Below, one piece after another: positions 36,476-59,358 of a stretch of 64,000 bases of DNA. Every line of letters starts with the position of its first letter. Within the stretch, counting starts at the first letter, position 1. Both the position numbers and the translations under genes were made by a program. The notes under the pieces are model-generated. The model searched no databases and was not told the DNA's origin. It was given only the letters and a program-made list of their open reading frames with translations. The stretch lies in the NCBI GenBank assembly GCA_001643675.2, contig LSRY02000039.1, forward strand, positions 310,001-374,000, in the 5' to 3' direction. This DNA comes from Monocercomonoides exilis PA203. Its lineage: Eukaryota > Protista > Preaxostyla.

Positions 36476-38278
36476 ATGGATCAACGAGCAATGCAAAAAG
36501 AGACACAAACCTCAAAAGTCGTTCATATCAGAAATTTACCAAATACAGCAACTGAGGTTTGATTTCTTGCATTTTTAATTTCAGAACCTTTAAACATATG
36601 TATGATGCACATTTTGTTGCAGAATGATATCATGCAATTGACAAGCAAATATGGAACTGTTTCAAAGATCATTCTCATGAAAAACAAATATCAAGCTCTT
36701 GTTGAATATGCAAACTTGGTGGATTCCCAAGCATTTATCATCGAAATGAATATGACTAACTCAATGTTTTTGTTTGTTTTGTTTTACACATTTTTATCTT
36801 ATTTTTTAAAAATGGTTTAATGTTTGATTTTTTCAAACAGAGGCTCTCGTATATATGTTCAATATTCTAAGTATCAATCTTTAGATTCATATACAACAAA
36901 AACAACGCCTGCAGCACCATCATTTTCAGAACCAGAACCCTCACGTGTTCTTTTAGCAACGATTATGAATGTGAAATATGTAATTGATGTCAATGTGATT
37001 TCTCAAGTGTTTTCACCATTTGAAACAAATTCTCGCCGAACAGTTGAAAAGGTGATTGTATTCCGCAAACCAGCAGGCCTTCATGCCCTTGTTCAATTCT
37101 CTAATCTTGCTTCAGCTGCAAAAGCTAAAAACGAACTTGAAGGTAAAAACATTTACACTGGATGCTGCACTTTGCATGTTACATACAGTGTTGAAAAGGA
37201 GCTTGAAATCACAGAAAACTCAGAGTTGGCACGGGACTTTACAAATCCTTCTCTGCCATACAAAAAGACTCCATCAGAATCATTCCAGATTCCAAGTGCT
37301 GATTCGTCAGCAATGGGACCTCGCGGAAGAGACAACCGTCCAGTTCTGTCTTCAACAGGTATCGCAGCTGTTCAGACATGTATGACTTTTTTGCTGTTTT
37401 ATTTTTCTTTCTTTCTTTTTGCCTGATGGTTGATAAAAATATTTCATTTTTTTTATTTTTCCTTATTTCTATATTTCTTTTCATTTCCACTTTCCACTTT
37501 CTGTTTTTAAAACTGATGTGAAATTTGCGCGTGCTTAATTGCAATGGCAACAGCCGCAGCAGCATCGTCATCGTCTCGGATGCTGATGGGGATGATGCTT
37601 CCAGACTCATCGTTGATATTGCCCCATTCAGTTGTGCTTGTCTCGAATGTGCCTGCGGAGAAGATGTCAATCACAGAGATCTTCAACCTCTTCTCCAACT
37701 ACGGAATCATCAAGCGTGTGAAGGTGATCCACAGCGACCACTCCAAAGTGCTTGTGCAGTTTACTTCCCCCGACATGGCCCGCAGCGCCATCTCCAACCT
37801 CCACGGCTGCACTCTCTTTGGCAGCACTTTGTCTGTTGTCGCCTCTAAATTCGACACCATCCAGACGCCGATTCCGAAAGCCGGTGGAGGCGACGGGCTG
37901 ACGGTGGACTTCCAGGAGACGAAGCTGAACAGATACAAGTTTGGCTCTGAGTTCCACACGAAGGGAATGAATGTGCGCCCCACAGCTGTTCTGCATGTGT
38001 CGAACCTGTCTTCGCTGACTACAGAAGATAAGCTGAAAAAGCACTTTGAGGAGAAGCAGCCACACCCTGTTCGTGGAATTAGAATGATTGAGATTCCGTC
38101 AGCTTCTTCTGCGTCGTCTTCATCAACTCCTTCTGCCTCAGAAAAAGTTTCAACAAAGAAAATGGCTCTCATCGAATTTGAATCTTCATCTCAAGCCTCA
38201 GAAGTTCTTTGCACCGTTCATAACACATCTCTGGATGGAATGACTCTTAGAGTTTCTTTTGCCACCAACAAACTTTGA
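36476..38278 (+). CDS. Polypyrimidine-tract-binding protein / hnRNP-L family, four RRMs
   Basis: SKVVHIRNLP...QALVEY (RRM1), SRVLLATI...HALVQF...LEGKNIYTGCCTLHVTYS...RDFTNPSLP (RRM2), VVLVSNV...IFNLFSNYG (RRM3), PTAVLHVSNL...MALIEF...LRVSFA (RRM4). Confidence 0.9.
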
Positions 38279-39112
38279 GCATTACATTATACTTCTTTTT
38301 TTGAAAACTATTATTTTGATATTCATCCATAAAATGGTTTTAAGATCAAATTGAATATTTTTGGATAATTGTTTTTCTTTTAGAAAATGAATTGAGAAAA
38401 AGAAAATATAAAAAATTGAGTGAAGCATTTGATTTTGAAGAATCTTTTAAAAAAGATCTCTTTATACAAGTCTTTTGTCAATCTACAACAGATAAATAAG
38501 GTATTTGAATTGTTTCATCGAGATAATATGAATAATAATGATTTTTCGGATTCTGTTGTTTTTTTAATGAAATTTATTAAATAGTTGAACTTTTTTTTAA
38601 AATTTCATTCCCCTTTTATATGAACTTTTCTTTCAAAGATGGAAGAATTTCAAAACATAAAGGTTTGAATATAGAGATGATGTAGAGAGTTTTATTAATG
38701 ATGAGTTATAAAGACTATACGAGCAATGTGCAATGAGTGCTCTTACAAACAACTTTTTCTGATATATTGCTGTTTTCAATTTTAATCCTTTTATTTTTTC
38801 AATTTTGAATTTTGTTCATAGAAAGCTAATTCATTTTCTCATTCTGGTTTTATTTCTTAATTATTTAATGAATTCTTTAATCTCTAGATTTATTTTAGTT
38901 GTCACTTCACAATTTTAACTCATTTAAACCTCATTTTTTGTAAATTGAACACATTTAAAAACATCTTGGTTTTTATGTTTGCATATGAATTTTTTAAAAT
39001 TTTTTAAAAAAATGACAAAAAATTTCGACCCTGAATATATGCAGCCATTCTTCACAAAAAATAAAAAAGAAAAAAATGTATGAGTACATAATGAAAAAGA
39101 TTCATCTTTCGA

Positions 39113-40124
39113 TTAATCATTTTCCTGCATATACTGTTTAATCTCGTCTTCGGAAAGAGTTTTGAAATGAATCATCTTTCCATCTTCACCTAATCCTACA
39201 ACACCAACATCAATTCCTTTCTCTGTAAGTATTCCATCATAACTTTCTTTGATTGTTAAAATTGCAGTGTGTATTGCATCATCTAATTCGGAATCAGCTC
39301 GATATCTGGATCAATTAAAGAAATACAAAAAATTCGATTTCAATTTACATGAATAAGAACAGAACATAAACCCACAAATATCAATGTCCAAACCTTTTTT
39401 CCAGAAATTGCTTCGTTGTTTGAGAATCTTTCCCAATTCCAGTTGCTTTCCATGACCAATACGATCCACTTGGATCAATTTGATACAAATCTGGTTGCTT
39501 TGTTGCTTCATTGTATCCAGCTACTAAAAGCGAGCAACCCATTGGTCTCACACCACTAATTCAAAATAATTTTTTTGAAAAAGAAAATGATATATAAACA
39601 AAGCCATTCGAAGAAATATCTACAAGCAAACCCAGCCTGAGTGTAATCTTGCATAAGTGATCCGATGTATGTAGATATTGCCAAAACAGAAGCCTCTTCC
39701 TGAATGATTTAAATTTTCATATTTGAAAATAAATATACAAAGGAACCTACCCCAAATTTTAACTTGTATTTTTCAGCCTCCTTTCTTGCCTTTTTAACAA
39801 CCACCCTATAATCTGGAGATAAACCTGAAAAGACGCATCCAACATTCTCCGAAATTTTTGAAATTCTTTCGATGCTAGTTTCATCAATAAGTGGAGCATT
39901 CTTCTTTGCAGTTGCAATCACCACACCGTTTGTTGCTAAAAAGAAACATTTAAGATTTTGTTGAAACATATATTGCCATTGTATTGAAATATTGAAAATT
40001 TATAACCTTTAATTCCCAAAGCAGTAGTTCCGTGATTAACAGCTTCCAAAGCATATTCAATTTGTACAAGCTTTCCAGTTGGAGAAAAAGTTGTTAATGA
40101 ATATGCATAACTTCCGTCGTCCAT
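39113..40124 (-). CDS. PSMA2: 20S proteasome subunit alpha type-2
   Basis: [21 protein letters not shown]...[30 protein letters not shown], and a C-terminal exon with [17 protein letters not shown]. Several short introns; stop TAA 39113-15. Confidence 0.93.
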
Positions 40125-40226
40125 TTTGTTTTATGTTTGATCAAACCTTTGCCCACAACAAAACAAAAATCGTGAATTTATTATGGTCACTGTCCTCTTT
40201 GAAGGTTATGGGCGCATTTTATGAAG

Positions 40227-40234
40227 TATAAATA
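40227..40234 (+). promoter_or_regulatory. TATA box upstream of histone H4, in a 166-bp divergent PSMA2/H4 intergenic region
   Basis: TATAAATA ~60 bp upstream of the H4 ATG. The AT-rich background weakens the call. Confidence 0.4.
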
Positions 40235-40290
40235 CGAAAAAATATGTTTTAACTTTATTGATTATTTATCATAAATCTAATATATTAAAT

Positions 40291-40608
40291 ATGTCTGGAC
40301 GTGGAAAAGGTGGAAAAGGAGGAAAAGGTATTGGAAAGACTGGAGCAAAGGGATATCGCAAGCTTCGTGATAACATCCAAGGAATTACAAAACCAGCCAT
40401 CCGTCGTCTTGCTCGCAGAGGAGGCGTGAAAAGAATTTCCAACCTTATCTATGATGAAACAAGAATCATCTTGAAAATGTTCCTTGAAGGAATCATTCGT
40501 GATGCTGTGACTTACACAGAACATGCCAGAAGGAAGACAGTTACCGCTATGGATATTGTCTACTCACTTAAACGCCAAGGAAGAACACTTTATGGCTTTG
40601 GAGCATAA
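40291..40608 (+). CDS. H4: Histone H4 (intronless, divergent N-terminal tail)
   Basis: [50 protein letters not shown]...[12 protein letters not shown]. Confidence 0.98.
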   Translation: MSGRGKGGKGGKGIGKTGAKGYRKLRDNIQGITKPAIRRLARRGGVKRISNLIYDETRIILKMFLEGIIRDAVTYTEHARRKTVTAMDIVYSLKRQGRTLYGFGA

Positions 40609-40656
40609 ATTTCTATAATTTTGTAATATTTTTTATTTTTTTCAATACAAATCAAA

Positions 40657-40671
40657 CGTGGTTTAACCACG
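40657..40671 (+). promoter_or_regulatory. Putative histone 3'-UTR stem-loop
   Basis: CAAA-CGTGGT-TTA-ACCACG-AAAA, a GC-rich hairpin 48 nt after the H4 stop codon. Confidence 0.5.
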
Positions 40672-41042
40672 AAAAGAACAATTGAATCACTTAAAGAACT
40701 TCAGAATAAATCTTTTTTCCACCAAAAAAGTACTAATATAAAAAGAGAAATGACTTTGAAATTTGAGAGAGAGCAAAATATATTTTGCAAACTTTAATAT
40801 TTAATGGATGCTTAAAGAACTGCATAAGTGTTCATTTATTGGAAGATGTTTGATTTGGTTTAATTTTATTAATTTTTTGATGTGAAAGTGAAAGTTGTTG
40901 TTTTTAAACCAATTGCAGCATTAGACGAATGCTGAGTATTTATTAGTGAAAGGTTCAGTATTGTTTGTTAATTCCAGTTCTCAAATTATCAACCATTATT
41001 TTACATATTAAGATCGTACTTATTAGAGATCCTTTCAATTGA

Positions 41043-51611
<10,569 letters not shown>

Positions 51612-51925
51612 TATTTTAATTTAATTTAATTTAATTTTTTTTAATAATTATTAAATGAATTTATTTATTTTTACGGACTTCTGAAAGTTGTTATCTTGTT
51701 TCATTTGCTTTTTTATCATTGACATCTCACCCTGTAGTTATTTAATTTCTATTTATGCATTTAATTTCTTTCTTATGATGTGGTTGCAGCATAAGTGAAA
51801 TCTGTTGTAATATTTTGTATGTGATTGTTTTTGTCATTTCATTTTCAAATAAACTTTTGTAATGGTTATACCCTTACTTCTTCTATCATTTCACATTCCT
51901 TGATCTCTGTCTTGAGTAAACGGTG

Positions 51926-54900
51926 ATGAGCTCAAAGCAGGTTCAAGGCCAATGGTCTGTGAGTCGACAACTTCCACCAGTTCGCTGGAGGGACTTGACA
52001 CCTCCACAAATCGACTTTTTTCTATCTTTGAATGTGGACATATTTAACGCTGGGACAGTCCTACATTCACGGAATTTTGAAATTAAAGTTCGTCATCATT
52101 ACACAATATTATTTTATTCACAAAAATTTCAATTGATATTTTTTCTTTACTTGTTATGATGCGCATAACATTTTTAATAATTTTTCGATTTTATGATCAA
52201 ATACGAATTAGTTCGTTTCAAATTATTTGGAATTCAAACTTAGAATATGTTATACACAGAACAAACTTTTGCAATTTATTCCAGCTGGAAAAACTACTCC
52301 TACATACATGATCTTCAATACTGGGCTCCAAATGGCAAAAACTTTCAGGGATATTTATATCCTCCTTGAATCTGGTATACATATTTTATTTTTTAGCCTT
52401 GATTTTTATTCATCGTTTTTAAATGTTCTTTTTTTGCTTCTGAATGAAGATGGCGTCTTATGGAATCTTGCAAATATTTTACCAGCTGAGACATTGAACA
52501 GCTCATTGCTGAATTATCCAGTAACAGAATTAAAAGAACCTCCAAAGCCGCCCTCTTATAAAGCGGATACATTTCTTCCCACACAACCAGATGATATTCA
52601 TATTAATGCACCAACAAAATCACTTTTAGCATTCTTTAAGTATGACGTAATGAAATAATTTTGTTTATTGTTATTATTAACAATATTTTATCTTTTTTAT
52701 ACATCACAATATTTATTTCAAACAACTTCAAAAAAAAAAAAAAAATAACCAAGCAATTTCTTCCAACACCATGTGAAACGCCACCAGACCGGATCGGCAT
52801 CTCTTCTGGCGAAGCAGTTTGCGCAACGCAATTCACAGGAAGTGCAGAGCCTGTTTCTGCAGGCAGCAGAAGTCAGCCAGCGGAGGGCAAAAGCGCAGCC
52901 ACGAGAAATTATTCCGTATTTGGTGTTTATCGATTCTGTTTCCCGCACAAAGAAGAAGGAGACTGAGATGGCAGATAAGGCAAAAATTGATAGGGAGAAA
53001 GAGAAAGAGAGGGAAAAAGAAAAAGAAAAAGAAAAAGAGAGGGAGAAGGAGAAAGAAAAAGAGAAAGAAAAAGAGGAAAAGAAAGAAAATGAACCAGAGA
53101 AAAAGGAAGATGAGAAAGAGGAAGAAAAAGAAAAAGACAAGAAAGAAGAAGGAGAAGAGAAAGAGAAAGAAAAAGAAAAAGAGAATGAGGACAAAGAAGT
53201 CGAACCGACAATTGATGCAGATGCCGCAGCAGCAGCAGCAGAAGGCGACAAAGCAAATGAGCAGAGCGGAAGTGACACAAAAGGAACAACTCAGCCATCT
53301 GCCTCAGGAACTGAGCAATCTGCACCTTCTTCTTCTTCTTCTACTACAACTTCTTCATCTTCGGATTCATCATCGTCTTCTTCTGCTTCTTCTTCAACAC
53401 CTTCTTCTGCACCTTCCACTTCCACTTCCTCTTCCACCTCTTCTTCAACCACTCCATCAGCATCCACTTCCACTCCAACTCCAACTCCAACTCCTTCATC
53501 ATCATCATCATCATCATCATCATCTTCTTCTTCTTCCTCGTCTTCCTCTTCTTCTTCTGAAAAGAAACTCGAAGAATCCGACAAACAGCTCCACTTCTCG
53601 TTCCAGACTGGGTTTATCATCCCTGTCTGCCTGTTCTCTCAGTCTGTATCCTCACCCGACTTCGCCCTCGCCCTCACTCTGGTGAAGCGGACGCACCAAG
53701 TTTCAGAAGACTCCCTCACCCCGCAGCAGCTGGAGCAATACCAGTCGCAGATCCAGGCATCATCTAACTTGGGCAACGAAGGCGGCGAGAGAGGAGGCAA
53801 AACAGGGCGAACCATCTCCATCACGCGCCTGGAGTATGACGTGAGTGGGCTGCTAACGCTGGAGCAGTCCTTCTTCGGTGCGTCTCTTTTGTGCCGTGTG
53901 GATTCTCTCTGGCTGCACAACGCGTTCCACGAGAAGGTGCTGGGCGCTGGCAGACACTCGAGCAGCCATTCACAGCAGCATGCACTGACTGCTGGGTCGC
54001 AGTCGGGTGCTGCTTCTGCTGGGGGCAGCAGCGCAAGCGCGGGAGGAGGGATGAATGTGAATCCTCAGCCTGGGAGTGGAGGAGGAGGCGGAGGCGGAGG
54101 AGGAATGAGAGAGAGAGAACAAGAGAGAGAAATGCAGGCAGGATCCGTTTCTGGAATGTCACGGCATCTTGCGTCGATGTCTTCGAGTGCTGAGATGAAA
54201 GAGAGGGCAGAAAGGGCAGAAAGAGCAGGGCGCAGGGAGCACAGATCGCGAGGTGCTGATGGGGCGAGGGTTCATCAGTACCAGCTGGCTGGCAGCCCAT
54301 CTCAGCGGACAAACCACTCACCTTCCCCATCCACAGCAGCAGGGGCGGCAGCAGCAGCATCCAGAGAGGAGTTGCACCGCCTCGCGAAGGAGAGATCCAA
54401 CATGGCGATGCTGGAGCAGAATGGGAAGCAATTTGTGGCATACAACGCATCTGGCTCACACGCAGGAGACAAAGAGCGAGCAGTCGCTGTGGCCACACGA
54501 GGTGCAGCTGCCTCGTCTTCTGTGACTGGGCAGCTGAACTCGGCAGCGAATGAGAAGGATGCTGTGGAGGTTGTGGGAGACGGTGAAGGCAGCATCTCGT
54601 TTGGCAGGGCACGTGATGTGCTCCGCAGCTCGATCGACAGCGGGAGCCAAGCACACACCCATTCGCACTCACATTCACACTCTCATTCACACAGCAGGCA
54701 CAGACACCACACATCCACTCACTCGATCTCGCCTGTGGAGTCAGCGTCGAATGTACAGGCGTCTCCAGTCAACAGCAACAGCAACAGCATGAACATCGTC
54801 AGTGGAGGAGCGAAAGCAGAGAAAGAAGGAATATCTCCTTCACACTCTGCTCATTCTGCTCATTCTTCTCACGGGCATGGACACAGCCACAGTCACAGCC

Positions 54901-55773
54901 ACCACACGCAGCAGCAGGTGGGTGATGAGACAGTTGGGAGCGAGCTGTCAGGGAATGGGCAGCTCACAGCGAGTGCAGAGAGAGAGAAAGACGGAGAGGT
55001 GAATGGAGAAGCAGAGATGGAGAGCGGAAGAGAGGGTGGGAGAGAGAAGACGAGGTATGAGAAGGACAGTGCAGTTGCGAAAATCGGCGAGAAGTCGGGT
55101 TTTCGTAACTCCCCCTTTGCAACGGAAGACATGAAAGGAGAGATCCTTGTGTCTGAGGCAAGAGCGCACGGAAAGCAGACGTTGCAGAGTGCAAAGGGGG
55201 AGGATACTGACGGAGCAGAGGCCAACAGAATGGCCTTTGATCTGGCTCTGCAACGCAAAAGTATGAAAGGAAGTGAAGATGAGCACAGTTATGGCTATCA
55301 ATATGGACATGGATATGGATATGGAAATGGCGATGGAGAAAGAGAAGGAGTTAGCGCAGAAGATGGATTGAATGGAGATAGTCGCAGAAGAAAGTATGGA
55401 GAGGTAGAAAACAGTGCCAAACTGTCTGCTGCATCTAAAAGTGCAGCTGAGAGTGAGATGGGCTTCATTGGAGGAGATGACTCACTTGTTGAGCCAGAGC
55501 CTCTGATGAGTCAGACAAGCACAGAGAATCCAATGGAGACATCAAGTTCTTCTTCTTCTGCATCATCTGCATTGATTGAAGAAAAAAGCAAGACATCTTT
55601 ACAATCATCTCCATTGACACAAAGAACAGCAGGTGAAGGAGAACGAGAAGGGCTGTCGCCTTCTGCTTCGCCTGCAAGTTCGCATCAATCAACAGGAAAT
55701 ACTCTTCAATCGCCAAACACTGCATCCTCAAAGCTGTCTTCAGCTCTACCTTCTCCTTCTTCTGGCACATCTG

Positions 55774-55810
<37 letters not shown>

Positions 55811-56620
55811 TTCTTCTTCTTCTTCTTCTTCTTCATCTTCATCCACCACATCATCTACACCAACAGCTGCAACAACAACAACGACATCTGCAATTAAAAC
55901 ACGCCCACGTGTGCAGCTGACAGAGGAAGAGTGGAAGAAGCGGCAGGAAGACATAGCCAATCTGAAGTCAGGGAAGAAGATCAGAGCACAAAGCAAAAGC
56001 GACCAGCAGACGAAGAAGTTCCGCAACTTGCAGGCAACAGGGGTGATTCCTTCGTCTCCTATTTCTTCAATTGGACTCGGAAACAGCCCATTCAGCTTTG
56101 ACAAAGGGTTTCTGCAGAGGAAAATGGATCCAGAGAAGGCAAAATCAGCGATGGGCAAAGAAGAAAGCGGGGCAGAACACAGCAGCCGGCTGAGCAGTGC
56201 ACATGGAAGCAGCTTAATAGAAGCATCATCATCAGCAGCAGTATCATCATCATCAGCACTGACAAAGGAAGGAGGCAAAGAATACTCAGAGCATTCACAC
56301 TTGCATTCACACGGACATTCATCACACTCTCCAATGAATGGGGTGAAAGACATGGGGAAAGAAGAATTAAAAGGAAGCATCCACAAAAGCTCTTCGCATC
56401 GGCTGACGAGTGCGGAAGCAATGAACAATGGAGAAGAAGAACAGCAGGCAGGCAGGCAGGCAAAAGCGAATGGGGCAGATGCTGCTTCTTCTTCTGCTGG
56501 TGGTGTTGCAGCGTCTGATGAGAGGCGTTCTGTGTCAGCAGATGACAAGCGCAACAGAGGGCTTAGCCAGCAGGAGGAGGAGAGGAGGGAGAGGAGAGAG
56601 AGAAGGGAACGGAGGGAAAG

Positions 56621-56657
<37 letters not shown>

Positions 56658-59318
56658 GAGAAAGAGAAAGATAGAGATGAGACAGACAGAGACAAATCCA
56701 AAGATGAAGGCGAATCTGAAAGCCAGAGGAGAGAGAGAGAGCATAAAAGAAGGAAAGAGAAAGAGCATCGTGAAGAAACAGTGGGCACGTCGAAGGAGAA
56801 GAAAGGAGAGGAGGAAGAAGGAGTCACCAAGCGCCATCATCGCCACCACACAGACGACAAATACGATGCACACGACGAGGCGCGGAAGAAGAGGAAAGAA
56901 GAGCGAAAGAGGCAGCATTCATCGCATCAGTCGCATCAGTCGAGTGTGGCTGGAGGAGAAGGAGAGGAGCAAGGGGGAGAGGAAGCGGAGCGGCCGATGG
57001 AGGAGCTGACAGAGAAGGAGAAGGAGAAGCTGAGGAAAGAAAGAAGACACAAAGAAAGGCTGCCGGAGAGGGAGAAGAAAAGAAAGCTGCTGGCAAAGAA
57101 GGCGGAGGCTGGCGAAGAAGCAGGCGAAGGAGGAGAGAATGCAGTGAGTGTTCTGGATGAGACAGCAAAGGATGTCCTTGCTGGTACCGTTGGACCATCC
57201 TCATCCTCATCCTCTTCTTCTTCATCGTCTTCTTCTTCTTCTTCTTCTTCCTCTGCTGCTGCATTGGCATCTTCCTCAACAGGAGAGAAAGGAGCAGCAG
57301 GAGCAGCCGGAGGAGCAGTTGTTTCAGCGTCTGCTGCTTCGAAGCGCTCGCATTTCCATCACTCGAAGACACACAGACACAGAGAAGAGGAAGGAGCAGG
57401 GGAGGAAAAAGTGAGGGGAACGAAGCACCGAAAGAAGGACAGGGAAGAAGGAGAGAAAGAAGGCGAGCGGAAGACAAGGGACAAAGAGAAAGGGAAGGCG
57501 AGGGAGGAAAGGGAGAAGCCGCAGATAACCGACGAGCTGATCAGCAAGATGAACGAGCAGGCGAAAGTGATGCTACCGTTTGGGTGGTGGCTTTTCTTGA
57601 ACATGCAGTACACGGTGGGGCTGCGGGAGAAGCAGTGCCTGCCAGAGGAGCTGTGGGAGGACGACGAAGACCAGGACGACGAGATCGCACGCATCTTCGC
57701 TGCTGCCGATGCAGTTGCGCAGTCAACAGAAGTCGCATCGGCAAATGCCATGTCCTCGTTCTTCAATCCAGAGACGTTTGCGCAGAACAACCCGTACTCC
57801 ACCTCGCGTGCAGAGGACTTCCAGAGCCACTTCCACAACAGAACACTCGGAAAATACGCTCAGGAATACACCACAGCAGCTGCATCGGCGGCGGCTGCAG
57901 CAGTCGCAGCAGCCGCAGCAGCCGCCGCAGCTTCGGCTTCTTCTCAGGTTTCTGCCTCTGCTTCTTCAGCTTCTGCAATGGCTGGTGCATCTGTGGCAGG
58001 AGTGGCTGGTGCATCTGCCATCAATGCAGCAGGCCAGGCTTCGATCTCCTCTGCCTCTGCGCTTTCATCCACAATTGCATCGTCTTCTGCGCTGTCTGCC
58101 ACAAGTGCTGTGCCAAATGTCAATGCACCATCGCCAATGGGACAAGGACTGATGGGAGCGCCTGGAATGATGCCTGGGCAGAATATGGGGCCGAATGCGC
58201 TGATGGCGCCAGGGGCAGGCGGATCGCAAGCACAGTCACTGATTCCTATGCCGAATATGCCTCAGCAGATGGCTGGTGGGCAGGCAAATGGAGTGGTGCC
58301 TGGTGTGGCACAGCAGCAGCAGATGCATCAACAGCAGATGGCTCTGCAACAACAACAGCAGCAACAGCAACAACATCAGCAATCACAGCAGATGCAGATG
58401 CAACAAGGGCAGCCTGCAGGTGCGGGTGTGGCAGGCAATGGGTTGATCAGCCAGCCGCCAAATGTGATGCCTATGAGCAACGCAGCGAATCTGCCGTCTG
58501 TTGGAATGGGAACTGGAATGAACACTGGAATGAATGGGGGCATGGGCGGAGGCATGGGTGCTGGAGGCATGCCGCCGCATATCCCGCCAGGAATGCCTAC
58601 GTATTCACAGCATCTGACGGGGGCAATGCAGCACACAGAGATGAGGATGAACAGCGTGTATCCTGTCTCCCAGGGGAACTACTCGTACGGAATGGGGCCG
58701 GGATCTATGAATCCACAACAAGCACAGACACAATCTTCTCTTCAGCAGCAGCAGCAGCAGCAACAACAACAGTCTCAAGGGCAGCCCTCTCTTCCAGGCA
58801 GCACCCAGCTCAATCCTCAGATGGGCGGTGCTTCTCTGCCTCAGCCCCAGCTGCAGCCAAATATCCCCATGCCTCGCACACAAGCCCCGCAGTCAGCACA
58901 GCAACAGAATCAGCTGCAGATGCCTGGGCAGCCTCAGGGGCAAGTCGGTGCAGGGCAGCAATCTTCTCTTCCTCAACTGCAACAACAACAACAGCAGCAG
59001 CAGCAGAAGACAGCTCAACAGTCTCCACAGTCACAACAGCAGAATCTGCTGAATCAACAACAGACAGGAATGCAGCCACATCTGAATGGAGCAGGCGGGG
59101 CAGTGGAGAAGAAGAAAGTGCCTTCGCCAAATCCATCTTCCACACCTTCTCTCAAGTCTGCTTCCACATCGCTCTCAGCCAATGCAGCTACATTTGTTCC
59201 TGCGAGGCAATCTTCAACGTCAAGTGTCTCTTCAAATGGGATACTTAACAATCAAGCAGCAATTGCAGCAGCATCTCCATCTCCACCTCAACAACAACAA
59301 CAACAACAGGCTCAATCA

Positions 59319-59358
<40 letters not shown>

